Shown: in pieces, positions 30,968-41,782 of the stretch
Numbering within the stretch: the stretch's first letter is position 1
Layout: each line of letters begins with the position of its first letter
Assembly (NCBI GenBank): GCA_963827275.1
Contig: CAWHAA010000001.1
Span: forward strand, 201,410-265,409
Origin: an uncultured Spirochaetota bacterium
GTDB lineage: Bacteria; Spirochaetota; UBA4802; UBA5550
DNA length: 64,000 bases
Direction: 5' to 3'
Translations under genes and position numbers: made by a program
The notes under the pieces: model-generated
Databases searched by the model: none
Told to the model about the DNA's origin: nothing
The model's input: the letters and a program-made list of their open reading frames with translations, nothing else

Positions 30968-33439
30968 CTAATGCCGCACGACCACTTTCATCTTCTTGTC
31001 AAGCACGGTCCTATTGCCGAAGGTGACCGCTTTTATATGGATGTAATAGAGCCCCGGACCGGCGCGGTTATTGTTCTTGTTCCTGCCGCACCACCCCAGG
31101 TCCTTGATGTTCTGCCCCCCCGGGCGATAGAGGTTTTCGCACAACGTCGCGATTATCCTTCCCTTGACGTCATAGACCCGTATCGTCACCAGCGAATCGA
31201 CGGCCAGGAAAAACGCTGGGTAGCAGCAGGGCATCTGCGCGGTGAGCACGTTGTTCAGTATCCGGGTGGGAAAGGGGATAAAGAGGACCGGCTGGGCGAC
31301 ACGAAAGCGCCATTCGTCGGCGGTCCAGCTGCCGGGCGGGGCCGTATCGGGCGTATGGTCATAATAATTAGGCACCCCTCCCACGACTCGAATCCACGAT
31401 GAATCTGATATTTGTTTCCAACGGCCATCAGGGGGTGTTCGCTCGGTATCAGGGCCTCATAGGTATTGGCGGTGACCTTTGTGCAGGGGATTGTCCATCG
31501 TGATACGCCGTCCACCAGGTGCCCGGGGGCCACATTATCCACGATGTCATCAACCGTGCCTGTCCCAAATTGCCCCGGCAGATCCGAGTCATTGTTCGCG
31601 ATCACGATATTCACCTGTTCAGGCGCGGTCCCTGCGGTGACCAGATACACGGTCACCTTGATCGCCGTTTTCCGCACGATATGGGATAGCGGATTTGTGG
31701 GTGGAGGATCGACCGTGGGAACGCCGAACGAATTGTTGTTAAATATCGATATGCCGTCGGTCACCGTCGCTTCAACCGTAAGCGCCGAAGTCGTTACGTT
31801 TCCGCTGATCTGGCTGGCCAGAGGCACCTCGTTGCCGAAGACGTCGATGGCCGACACCCGATAGTCGTATGGGGTCAGCGGTTCCAGGGGATTTGCCACA
31901 CCCCCCACGTCAAAAGCAATAGTACCGGCGCCAATCACGCCAAGGGCCGGGGTATTCGATCCGTCGAGCATCAGCCAGGCGGTATCGGCCTGCCTTTTAA
32001 AATAGACCCGGTAGGAATAAAAATCAGCGTCATAGGGCGCTGCAGCCGCAGCAGACAGCGCCGTCCACTGGAGCCTGAAACTGGTGGCGGTCGATGTGGG
32101 TACCGCGGCCTCGGCGGTAAACGGGGTACTGCCGTAGCCAGGCCAGTGTCCATTTTCCCATCGGCACGCATAACCGGACGAATTAAGTATTCTTCCGGGG
32201 ACATTCTGCCCGTTGGCTGTGATGATATTCCCATAGGCGCCGCCCGAAACAGACTGGACGGTATACGAAACGTCGGTATTATTCCCGGCCGGCACCTGCG
32301 CGGCGGTCGGCGTGGGGCCGAGCAGCACCGTGCCGGTTGTCGCGCCGTTGGCCATCTGCAGGGTATAGCTGTTTCCGAGGCCGTCCTGAATCACGAAGGT
32401 TACCGTCCCCGCCATGGCAGAGCCGGAATTCTGCATTCTGGCGCTGAGCCGCATCTCGGTGCCGGCGACGTTTACGCTGCGCACATTATAAAGCTGCGGC
32501 GGGCTGTTGACGCCCCCTCCGTTCACGAAGGTGAGGCCGCCGGCATCCACCTGTATCCTGTCGGAAATAATATTGAGTGTCCCGCCAGCGGTCACGCTTG
32601 TGCTTCCCGCGGTAGGTGTATTCATTATCGCGCGGACGCTCCACGTGTGCGTGCCGAGGCCAAGCGACGAAAAATAGGGGGTCGGCAGACCCGGAATGGT
32701 AAAGATAAAATTACTATTCGTGCCGGAGTTCACCACGCCGGAGTTTACCGCAGCGGCGGGAAGAAGCTGCCGCCAGAGCTGCACGCTGCTGATTTCACCC
32801 GGGTCCACCTGCTCCACGGGCGTGGATAGTATCTCACCGGGATAATAATAGACGACACGCCCGGTAAGATTGAAGCCATCATGCCAGGGATTGACCATGC
32901 CGTCGGCGGCATCGCTGTCCTGGATCAAATTCAGCGCCTGTATCTGCGTAATAATGCCGAAGCTGAAATTTCGCGTGCTTGTGCCAGTAGTCGCTCCATT
33001 GTTCGCGGTCACCGTGGCAACGATGCTGTTGGCACCCGCCGCCACGGCGGTCGTGTTCCAGTGGAACCTCACGACCACGGTGTAGTCAATATTGGTGTAG
33101 GTGCCCCCGGAATTATCCGTAACGGTGTCAACGGTGAGATTGGTGCCGCCGTAGCCGCCGCCGGGCAGGTCAACGTAAAAGCTGCTGCCGCCGGGGAACA
33201 CGACGTTTATGGTATGAGGCGGGGGTGTTGCCGCGCTCTGCCAGTAGGCCGCGCCGGTCGCAAGCGGGTCAGTTGACTGGATACGGAACGTATACGGAAC
33301 CCCGGCACAGTAATAGGCCCTGCCGTTGGACAGGGTCGTGGGCGACGCCGGGGTCAGGGTGGTCGAGGTTATGGCAGCTTCCGCGATGGACGCGAAACAT
33401 GATAGGCAAAAAACAATGCCGAAATATATGAATTTTTTC
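30968..33439 (-). CDS. Large secreted beta-rich protein with FN3 domain and FlgD-Ig-like C-terminal domain, frameshifted near 31390-31412
   Basis: Signal peptide MKKFIYFG...AEA; FN3-like LQWT...YRVY...LEPLTPYDYRVSAIDVFGNE; C-part VTIRVYDVKGRII...WCGRN...GLYYIHI. Confidence 0.78.
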
Positions 33440-33541
33440 ATGGAATTATAACATTGACTGTCAGGATAGCCCATATAGCAAGATATAATGTAAAATCATT
33501 TGACAAATGACAATAATTTTTTTATTATTTATTGAAATAGT

Positions 33542-36500
33542 GTGATTGTCTTGATAAAATTCAGCAACATTTACATCGCTGCAAAACGGCGTCTTCCCGC
33601 GATATCGGCATGTCTCGTGGCGTTGCTGCTGATTACGCTCCCGTCGTGCAAGGAGGCGGCCCGGGTCTTTTCCTCTGACGTGATTTCGTCTGTCACATCC
33701 AACCCCCCGGGATACTTTTTTCCGGAAGCCACGGCAATAATCCCGGCAGGCGGCGCCATCCCCGTAAACACGAGCGCAGTTATCACGTTCAATCTTCCCA
33801 TCAACCTGCCGAACCCGTGCAACAGTATCACCATTACATCGAATCTACCGGTACCCGCCACGCTCGCGGAGGGCGCGGATTACACCCTTGCCCTCGGCGG
33901 GGGGAGCAAGGTGGTCACCATTACCTTCAGCGGGGCCTTCAATCCAATCCCCAACGGCGCCACGATTACCATAACTGTAATCCCCAATATTGTTGCCGCA
34001 TCGGGAGGCATCACCGACGATCCCAACGGCATTACGGTACAATCGACACTGTCAGGAAGCTTCACCGTCGGCACCGCCTGGGACTCCACCGCTCCGGATA
34101 TTGTGCCTGGCACAAACTATCCCACGACACCGCCGGTCACGGTATATCTTACCGATGCGACAAGGATGGCCCAGGCGACGCCGCAGGAAATCCACGTGCA
34201 GTTCAATGAAAATATCGACCCGACAAGCATTACTACTTCGACGGTCTATCTGACACAGCCCGGGCCGGTGAACGTGCCGGCCACGATCAGCTACATTGCG
34301 GCAACGCGGTATGCCATACTGACGCCCGCGGTGAACCTTGACCCGTCCACGACCTATACCGTCCACCTCAGGGAGGATATCCGGGACCTCGCCGGAAACA
34401 CCCTCGGGCCAGGTACGGGCGATTTTACAACCTGGACCTTTGCCACCACCGCATCGCTGGCGGAGCTTGACATCACGCCGGGCGTGGCGCCGGTCCTGAG
34501 CGACCTGCATGTGGATTCAGTCGGCACCGCGGACGGAACGATCAGCTGGATCACCAACGAGCCGTCGTACCACACGCTCCATTATGGCCGCAATTCAGCC
34601 GCCGGGAGCGCCGTCGGGCCAAGCGTCACCGCCTCGACGTTCGAAACAGAGGCCCTGCTGGCGCTTTCGACCAACGCGCGGTACTGGTTCAATATCGATT
34701 TCACCGACATAGAAGGACTGGCCGGCACCAACACCGGCAATTACCAGTTCAATACCGAAAGCAGCGACGGCGCCGACTACATCGACATGGCCGCGGGGAA
34801 CCAGAACAATCCCCGGACAATCCCCTATCATCCGACGGGCGGCGGGGCCACGGGATGCTACCTCTTCTGGAACGACAGCGACGTGCCGACCACGTATACC
34901 CACATATACGGGCAGCTGTATGACAGCACCTTCACCCTTCCCGCCCTCTGGGGCGCGGCCCGGAAAGGAATCTTCACCGAGCCGGGCGAGGCCTACACGT
35001 ATGCCTCCGCTGCGGAGGACGGCGCTGGCGGCGTGATCGTTTTGGCGCAAAGGACCAACGGCGGCCATATTTACGCGAAGCGCATAGCCACAGGCGGCGG
35101 CTTCTACTGGGGGCACACGGCGGCGGGTACCGGTCTCGATGTACGGAGCGCCCCTACGGCCGCCCTGTCAAGCATGTCCGCGGTCCCGGTATCCGGCACG
35201 CTGCAGACCATCAGGGCGTGGGGCACTATGACCAGAGACATCCCTGCCAATCCCGTGTATGATTTTACCGCAACGATTGACTTCATGACCCCGATACAGA
35301 GCGGGGCCGATTTCATTCTCGGGACCACCGGCCCGAACAATGGGACAACCGTAATCGAATCTTCAAATTTCCGCCATGTCATCGGCCAGAACACCCTGCG
35401 GGTTTCAGCCGGACAGCAATATATGATTGCCGACGCCTCGGTCGCCACCGCTTCCGAAAATGCGCAAGACCATGATGGAGATTTTACTTATCCTCCCTAT
35501 ACATATACGAGCGGCGGCACCCATGCATACTCGACACATTCCTTCTCTCTCCCGGCATGGTTGGGAAACCTCGATAGCATCCGTAAAGACGGGACATGGG
35601 ATTTCGGTTATTTATCAGGGGCACCGGTAGCGAGAAACTTCGGTTGGTTGGTACCCTGCTATCCTCATGGTGTATTTGAATATTCTGATTTTTATGATTT
35701 TACTGTCAACTGGAGCATAAACATAACATCCGCTGACACCTTCACTGTTTATAATTTACTGGCAAGCGGCACCGCGGAGGCCCCGCCGGCACATCCCCTG
35801 TACGACGACAATGCCGACTACCTGGTCGTGCCGGCAGTGGCGGACGGCGACATCGTCGTAAATCTGACCAACACGACCGGTCCGCCGGACCCGTATCTGG
35901 CTGTCGTGGATGCCTCAACCTTCGCGGTCCGGACCCGGGCGCTTGACATGGATGCAGATATCATGGTTAATGATGACGAGTACGCGATCATTCGCCTCAC
36001 CTACCCGGGCAGCGGTACGACAAATATTATCGACACGGGAATAGCCGGCGCCAGCGCGGCCGCCCATCTCCAGGACCCGGCTAATTCATTCGCGGCTGTC
36101 CAGCCAGGCGACGTGGTCTATAATCTCATGAATGGCCTGTATGCCGTGGTCACGGCGAGAGCCGCCAACGACCTGACGCTTTCGCGCGACATATCGTTCG
36201 CGTTGTGGGACCACTACGTGGTCATACGCCAGCGGGGGGTGCTCTTTACGTGGGAGGAAAACGGCAGCGTCTGGGGCCGCATTACGGGCGTCGACAACGG
36301 CGCCTCCCCCGGCCCGGAACCGGACGCGGTGCGGGCCCCCTGGGCGATCGATACGGGAACTCACCCCCACCTGGTCCCGGACGGCAACGGCAATGCCATA
36401 CTGGTGTATGAATTCAGCGCCTGGAGCATCAATGCCGTGCTCCTGGACGGCTTTGGCACGATACTCAATACCGTCGATATCGATACGGCAAGCGGAGGGT

Positions 36501-37177
36501 TGGACGAAACCATTATAGACGTGAAGAGCGACGACGCCGGCGGCGTGGTGATACTCTATAAATTGAGCGATGGAACGCTCAGGGCCCAGAGAATTGACGG
36601 GCCCACCTGGACACGGCAGTGGAGTGACGGTGGGTACACTCTTCATGACGCGACCGTGACCACCGTGGACGAGGTCATGGCCTACGACCCGCTGGTCCCG
36701 AATGACATCAGCGTTGCCGCGACCGTTATAAGCGCCGGGAACTATGACATCTGGGCGCGCCGGATGGGAACGACCAGCTGGGGCCCCTTCAACTATACCG
36801 GCACCAGCGCCGCGCGCCAGGAGAAGCCGCAGATCTACCTGGGCGCGACCACCACGATCATTTTGTGGGACGACTACCGCTTTTTCAACCAGAGCTACAT
36901 CAATACCGGGTACGGGATCTTCGGCCTGAAGGTCAACACGGCGACAGGCACCGCGGCCTCTGCGGCGGCGCCCCTGTGGAGGGCAAACTCCGGCGGCACC
37001 GATGATTTTAACGGGGTCTCAGTCATCATGAACCACTTCAACGAGTACCCGGGCATCCCTCTCGTGGTGCCCTACAACAACGGCGCCGATTCCGTTCTTG
37101 TCTGGGCAGATTACCGGGAAGGCCCCGGCGCCGACCTCAAATACATAGACCTTGACGCATTTGTCCCGGCACCCTGA
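33542..37177 (+). CDS. Large surface lipoprotein with Ig-like (Big_5/SbsA-like), FN3-like and propeller-like regions
   Basis: Lipobox LPSC; VQFNENIDPTSI...LTPAVNLDPSTTYTV...IRDLAGN; ISWITNEPS; repeated DG.GG.I...AQRI motifs. Confidence 0.82.
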   Translation: MIVLIKFSNIYIAAKRRLPAISACLVALLLITLPSCKEAARVFSSDVISSVTSNPPGYFFPEATAIIPAGGAIPVNTSAVITFNLPINLPNPCNSITITSNLPVPATLAEGADYTLALGGGSKVVTITFSGAFNPIPNGATITITVIPNIVAASGGITDDPNGITVQSTLSGSFTVGTAWDSTAPDIVPGTNYPTTPPVTVYLTDATRMAQATPQEIHVQFNENIDPTSITTSTVYLTQPGPVNVPATISYIAATRYAILTPAVNLDPSTTYTVHLREDIRDLAGNTLGPGTGDFTTWTFATTASLAELDITPGVAPVLSDLHVDSVGTADGTISWITNEPSYHTLHYGRNSAAGSAVGPSVTASTFETEALLALSTNARYWFNIDFTDIEGLAGTNTGNYQFNTESSDGADYIDMAAGNQNNPRTIPYHPTGGGATGCYLFWNDSDVPTTYTHIYGQLYDSTFTLPALWGAARKGIFTEPGEAYTYASAAEDGAGGVIVLAQRTNGGHIYAKRIATGGGFYWGHTAAGTGLDVRSAPTAALSSMSAVPVSGTLQTIRAWGTMTRDIPANPVYDFTATIDFMTPIQSGADFILGTTGPNNGTTVIESSNFRHVIGQNTLRVSAGQQYMIADASVATASENAQDHDGDFTYPPYTYTSGGTHAYSTHSFSLPAWLGNLDSIRKDGTWDFGYLSGAPVARNFGWLVPCYPHGVFEYSDFYDFTVNWSINITSADTFTVYNLLASGTAEAPPAHPLYDDNADYLVVPAVADGDIVVNLTNTTGPPDPYLAVVDASTFAVRTRALDMDADIMVNDDEYAIIRLTYPGSGTTNIIDTGIAGASAAAHLQDPANSFAAVQPGDVVYNLMNGLYAVVTARAANDLTLSRDISFALWDHYVVIRQRGVLFTWEENGSVWGRITGVDNGASPGPEPDAVRAPWAIDTGTHPHLVPDGNGNAILVYEFSAWSINAVLLDGFGTILNTVDIDTASGGLDETIIDVKSDDAGGVVILYKLSDGTLRAQRIDGPTWTRQWSDGGYTLHDATVTTVDEVMAYDPLVPNDISVAATVISAGNYDIWARRMGTTSWGPFNYTGTSAARQEKPQIYLGATTTIILWDDYRFFNQSYINTGYGIFGLKVNTATGTAASAAAPLWRANSGGTDDFNGVSVIMNHFNEYPGIPLVVPYNNGADSVLVWADYREGPGADLKYIDLDAFVPAP

Positions 37178-37178
37178 C

Positions 37179-38180
37179 CTACAGCCACTCCACCTTCACC
37201 TGCTCGAGCAGTGAGACCCTCCCCTGCAGGCGTTTCGATATGTAGAGGTTGAGGTTTTTGTCTGCGAGGATAACGTCGATCTCGGCATGGCGCTGCAGGA
37301 ACACGCGCGCCGTGTCCAGGCCCATGACGAACAGCGCGGTCGCATACGCGTCCGAGAGAACGGCGTTTTTCGACAGCACCGAAACAGAAGAAAAAGTGTC
37401 CGCGGGGAACCCCGTGCGCGGGTCGATGATGTGATGGTAGCGGACGCCGTTGCGCATGATGAAGCGCTCATAATCGCCGCTGGTCGCGATCGCGTCCATG
37501 TCTTCCAGGCTGATGGTGGCAAGGAGGGCGTCCTTCCGCGGGTGCCTGAGGCCCGTTATCCAGGGACGCCCGAACTTCGACCCGATGACCTGGAGATCGC
37601 CGCCCGCCTCTACAATTCCGTGCCGGACTCCCTTCGCTTTCAGGGTGACGATCCCCCGCTCCACCGCGTAGCCCTTGGCGATCGCCCCCAGGCCGATCTT
37701 CATCCCCGGCCGGGCGAACCCGATCCCCTTTTCGGCAGGATAAAACCTGATGTTTTTCGAATCGACAAGCGGCATAAGGGCCGCTACCGCAGAACGCGAC
37801 GGCGGCGCAAAAGCCTTGTTTTTATAGTCCCAGAGATGTTCAAGGGCCGCGAAGGTGACATCGAAGCAGCGTCCCGTTTCATCCGAGATACCGGCTGATT
37901 TTTTTACCAGGCCATAGGTCTCGGCACTCACGGTAACGGGAGCGCTCCCGCCCCCGCGGTTGAGCCGGTCGATATCGCTCCCGGGGCGCCGCGGGCTCAT
38001 GAGCGACTCCACCCGCTCGATTTCATCGAACACGGACTGCGCGGTCGCGGGCGCTGCGGCCGTATCGCCGATAAAGGTGACGTTCACTATTGTCCCGAGC
38101 TGGGGCCTGCCGATCCGGTTCAGGTTGCCGTCGCAGGAGACGAGGAATAGGGTCAGGATAAGCAACAGGGCGTGTTTCAC
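37179..38180 (-). CDS. apbE: FAD:protein FMN transferase
   Basis: Lipobox LVSC; GAIAKGYAV, GGDL, ATSGDYER, YHHIIDPRTG, DAYATA; GTG start with GAGGAG RBS. Confidence 0.93.
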   Translation of the reverse strand: MKHALLLILTLFLVSCDGNLNRIGRPQLGTIVNVTFIGDTAAAPATAQSVFDEIERVESLMSPRRPGSDIDRLNRGGGSAPVTVSAETYGLVKKSAGISDETGRCFDVTFAALEHLWDYKNKAFAPPSRSAVAALMPLVDSKNIRFYPAEKGIGFARPGMKIGLGAIAKGYAVERGIVTLKAKGVRHGIVEAGGDLQVIGSKFGRPWITGLRHPRKDALLATISLEDMDAIATSGDYERFIMRNGVRYHHIIDPRTGFPADTFSSVSVLSKNAVLSDAYATALFVMGLDTARVFLQRHAEIDVILADKNLNLYISKRLQGRVSLLEQVKVEWL

Positions 38181-38286
38181 CGGGACGCTCCTCTTCGAAA
38201 AATAACAGCGCATGCGGGATGATATGAAAACGGACCGTAAATTTTCAAGGAATAAATCAGCGCGTACGCCTGTGCCGTCACCCGCG

Positions 38287-39822
38287 TCATTCCGCCCTTC
38301 GCCCCTCGAGGTCAAACGCGATCGTGAAGGTCGAACCGTGCGAGCGGTCGAGCACCACCGTCCCGTGGAGCTGCTGTGCGAGGATCGGGACAAGCGAGAG
38401 GCCCAGCGACTCGGTCTTTCCCATCTCGACCCCCGCCGGGACCCCGACGCCGTTATCGCCAACCACCAGCTCGGCGGCATTCCCCTCGCGGCAGCGGAAC
38501 AGGATTGAAATTTCCGGCGACGCGCAGCTGCCGTCGGGGAACGCGTATTTAATCGCATTGGTCAGGAGCTCGTTGACGATGAGGCCGCAGGGGACCGCCT
38601 GGTCTATCGAGACATGGATGTCCTCGATGTCGATGCGGATCCGTATCGGTGCCGCGAAGGAGGACCCCGACATGACCTCGTCCGCGAGATGGGTGATGTA
38701 CGACTTGAAATTGATGCGGGCGAAATCATCCGACCGGTACAGCTTTTCGTGCACCAGGGCCATCGACCTGATACGGTGCTGCGCCTCCCCGAATTGCCTC
38801 ACGAGCGCGTCATCGTTCTGGTACCTGGCCTGGAGGCCCAGGAGGCTGGTAATGATCTGCAGGTTGTTCTTCACCCGGTGATGTATCTCTTTCAGGAGCG
38901 TCTCCTTTTCCACGAGAGAGGCCTTTATCCGCTGCTCGGCCTTCTTCCGTTCAGAGATGTCCTTCACCGCGCCGATAATGGCGGTGACGGCGCGGGTCCC
39001 GGGGTCCAGGATCGGCCGCACCAGGATCTGGATCCACCTGATGGCGCCGCCCTTCACAAAGGAACGGCACTCAAGCTCGCCGGGCGCCCCGGTTGCCATG
39101 ACGTTTTTCTGGAATGCGATGAAGGCTTCCCGGTCATCAGGATGTATGATGCCGGCCCATAACTCGGAGGACGAGATCTCATCAGCGGTGCGCCCCGTCA
39201 GGGCAACGATGTTCTCGGACACATAGACCAGCGTCATTGAGCCGTCTTCGTTTATTTTCACTTTAAAAACATAATCGGTTGACATCTCCGTTACGAGGCG
39301 GTACCGCTCCTCGCTTTCTTTCAGGGCCACCTCTGATGTTTTCTGTTCCGTGATGTCTTTAGGCATGAGCAAAAATCCGCACCGGTCAGCTGCCGCATCC
39401 CGCAGCGAGGTTATAATAACCTCGGCGGGGAACCTTGACCCGTCTTTGCGAATAATGTTATGTTCCACCCGGGTATAATCTGTTTCTTGGAACCTACCTT
39501 CATCGGCTTCAGTGTCGGCCCTCTCTTCCGGAACGATTAAATCAGTTCCTTTCTTACCGATAATATCAACCAGGCTTTCGTACCCGTGAAAATTTGCGAA
39601 ACGTTCGTTCGCCAGGTATATTTTCCCATTCCGGTCAATAATGGCCGCTGCAACAGGCATGATATCAATCATGGAGCGGTAGACTTCGAGCGGATCAGGA
39701 CCGTCACCCGCGCGCCGGCCCCAGGCAGGGCGTTCATACTCGCCTGATGGCCCGGTATCTGTGCAATTATGTTCTCTGTTTTTTTTCAATTCACCGCATC
39801 CAGCCAAGGTCGCTGTAAGCAC
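38287..39822 (-). CDS. PAS-PAS sensor histidine kinase, HisKA_2 type
   Basis: LLKEIHHRVKNNLQII, NELLTNAIKYAF, DNGVG; two PAS/PAC domains; start uncertain. Confidence 0.9.
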   Translation of the reverse strand: MLTATLAGCGELKKNREHNCTDTGPSGEYERPAWGRRAGDGPDPLEVYRSMIDIMPVAAAIIDRNGKIYLANERFANFHGYESLVDIIGKKGTDLIVPEERADTEADEGRFQETDYTRVEHNIIRKDGSRFPAEVIITSLRDAAADRCGFLLMPKDITEQKTSEVALKESEERYRLVTEMSTDYVFKVKINEDGSMTLVYVSENIVALTGRTADEISSSELWAGIIHPDDREAFIAFQKNVMATGAPGELECRSFVKGGAIRWIQILVRPILDPGTRAVTAIIGAVKDISERKKAEQRIKASLVEKETLLKEIHHRVKNNLQIITSLLGLQARYQNDDALVRQFGEAQHRIRSMALVHEKLYRSDDFARINFKSYITHLADEVMSGSSFAAPIRIRIDIEDIHVSIDQAVPCGLIVNELLTNAIKYAFPDGSCASPEISILFRCREGNAAELVVGDNGVGVPAGVEMGKTESLGLSLVPILAQQLHGTVVLDRSHGSTFTIAFDLEGRRAE

Positions 39823-40033
39823 CCGGATACTCCGGCCCGCCGCGTATGGCGGTCGCCAGCTCTTCCGGTTATAATACCTCTATCGATCCAGATTTTCGAT
39901 ATGTCAATGCCTTTATCGTATGTCATGACGATGCTTATTTTAATAGAAGTATAATACAATATCAATATAATCAATAAATATCATATATTTTATATTATAT
40001 GATTATATTTATATTTTTGTTTGTAATTAGCTG

Positions 40034-40095
40034 TTACCGATAACTATCGGCCACATGTTGCTCTGACACCGGTTTTTTACCGATAACTATCGGTA
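40034..40095. repeat. Paired palindromic repeat TTACCGATAACTATCGG x2 around GCTCTGACACCGG
   Basis: Copies at 40034-40050 and 40077-40093; reverse complement of the arrangement at 8907-8965. Confidence 0.8.
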
Positions 40096-40268
40096 GTATC
40101 CATACAGGACCATGCATTAATCATTATACTCCATGAAGATCGATTATTAATTCTTAATTATGTGAAAGACCCCGAGTCTATTATAGTCTATATTTCCCCC
40201 ATCATCCATATCAGGATGATAAAATTCTGCTGCATCGAAAAAGAAATTATTCATCATTGGAGAGTATT

Positions 40269-41672
40269 ATGAGAGATGTATACGTAATAGGCGCCCACAC
40301 GATCAAGTTCGGCAAATACCTTGATAAAAGCATCAAAGACCTTGCGGCAATGACCATTCATCCGTGCCTGAAAGAAGCGACCCTTGACAAAAAGGATATT
40401 CAGGCTCTCTGCTTTTCCAATTCAGGCTGGGGTTACGCCAGGGGCCAGGAATGCATCAAGGCACAGGTCGCCCTCAGGCCCATAGGGATAGAAGGGATAC
40501 CGATGACAAACGTGGAAAACGCCTGCGCAGGGGGTTCCACCGCGTTTCATCACGCATGGTACGGCGTTGCCGGCGGCCTGTACGATATCACGATGGCGGT
40601 GGGCGCTGAAAAGATCAATGACCCCAACAAGCTGAAAGTGTTCGCCGGCTTCCTCACCGGCCTCGACGTAGAGAACCTGAAGACAAACATTGCCGCTATC
40701 TCGGCGTACGGCATGTCGGATGAAGATATTAGGATAATGCGGGAGACCGTAAAAAAATACGCCGCCCAGGCGTCAGGCACGAATAAAAAGAAGAAAAAAC
40801 CGACACTGAAAGACAAGCTCAAAGAATATTCCGACATGATAAAAGTCTACATCCATCTCAACGATCTCCTCGGGCCGGAGACGGTCAAGGAACTGCGGAA
40901 ACTCATGGGGGGCGACCATTCGCCCTTCATGGACGTGTACGCGTTCGTGGCGCGCCAGCACATGAAAAAATACGGCAGCACGTTCGAGCAGCTCGCCATG
41001 ATCGCCTCCAAAAATCATTTTCACTCGTCACTGAACCCGAATGCGCAGTACAACTTTACGGTAACCCCCGAGCAGGTGCTGGCCGACCGCATGGTCACCT
41101 GGCCGTTCACCCGCGGCCATGTGCGCGCCGATCGGCGACGGCGCCGCCTCGGCGATTCTCTGCGACGGCGAAACGGTGAAGAGGCTCGGCCTCATGTCGC
41201 AGGCGGTGAAGGTGCGGGCATCGGTGCTCGGATCAGGGCGCGAGCGCAGCTTTCGACGACATCGATATCGGCGAGCGGTTGAGCAAAATCGCGTACGAGA
41301 CGTCGGGCCTCGGGCCGAAGGACGTGCATTTTGCCGAGGTGCATGACGCGACCGCGTACGGGGAGCTCCACCAGGCGGAGGCCCTCGGGCTTCTGCCCGG
41401 AAGGGGAAGGCGGCAGGCTCGCGGAGAGCGGCGCGACGAAGATCGGCGGGAAGATCCCGATCAACGTGAGCGGCGGCCTTGAATCGCGGGGGCACCCCAT
41501 CGGCGCCTCGGGCCTCGCCCAGATCCACGAGCTGGTGACCCAGCTCCGCGGCAACGCGGGCAGCCGCCAGGTACAGGGCGCGACAATCGGCCTTGCGGAA
41601 AACGGCGGCGGCGCCCTGGGGCAGGAGGAGGCGGCCATGTGCATCCATATCCTTGAGGCCCCGGCACGGTAG
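40269..41672 (+). CDS. SCP2-type thiolase family protein, three apparent +1 frameshifts (~41115, ~41252, ~41388)
   Basis: [41 protein letters not shown] spread over ORFs 40257, 41119, 41279 and 41331. Confidence 0.88.
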
Positions 41673-41782
41673 GGAGGCGGCGAAGCCGGCCCCCGTTGCA
41701 AGGGGAGACACGGCCGCTGCGGATTTCGGAGCGGCACTCTCTCCGCCTTATTTCCCTGAAATTGCACAACAAGAGGTGATCC

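Noticed and set aside
37179..38558. ApbE with a 125-aa N-terminal extension
   Set aside because: The extension overlaps the kinase gene out of frame; GTG at 38180 has an RBS and begins a lipoprotein signal
39554..39567. TTACCGATAATATC in the kinase gene as another palindrome copy
   Set aside because: Lacks a central base and the right arm; compatible with chance
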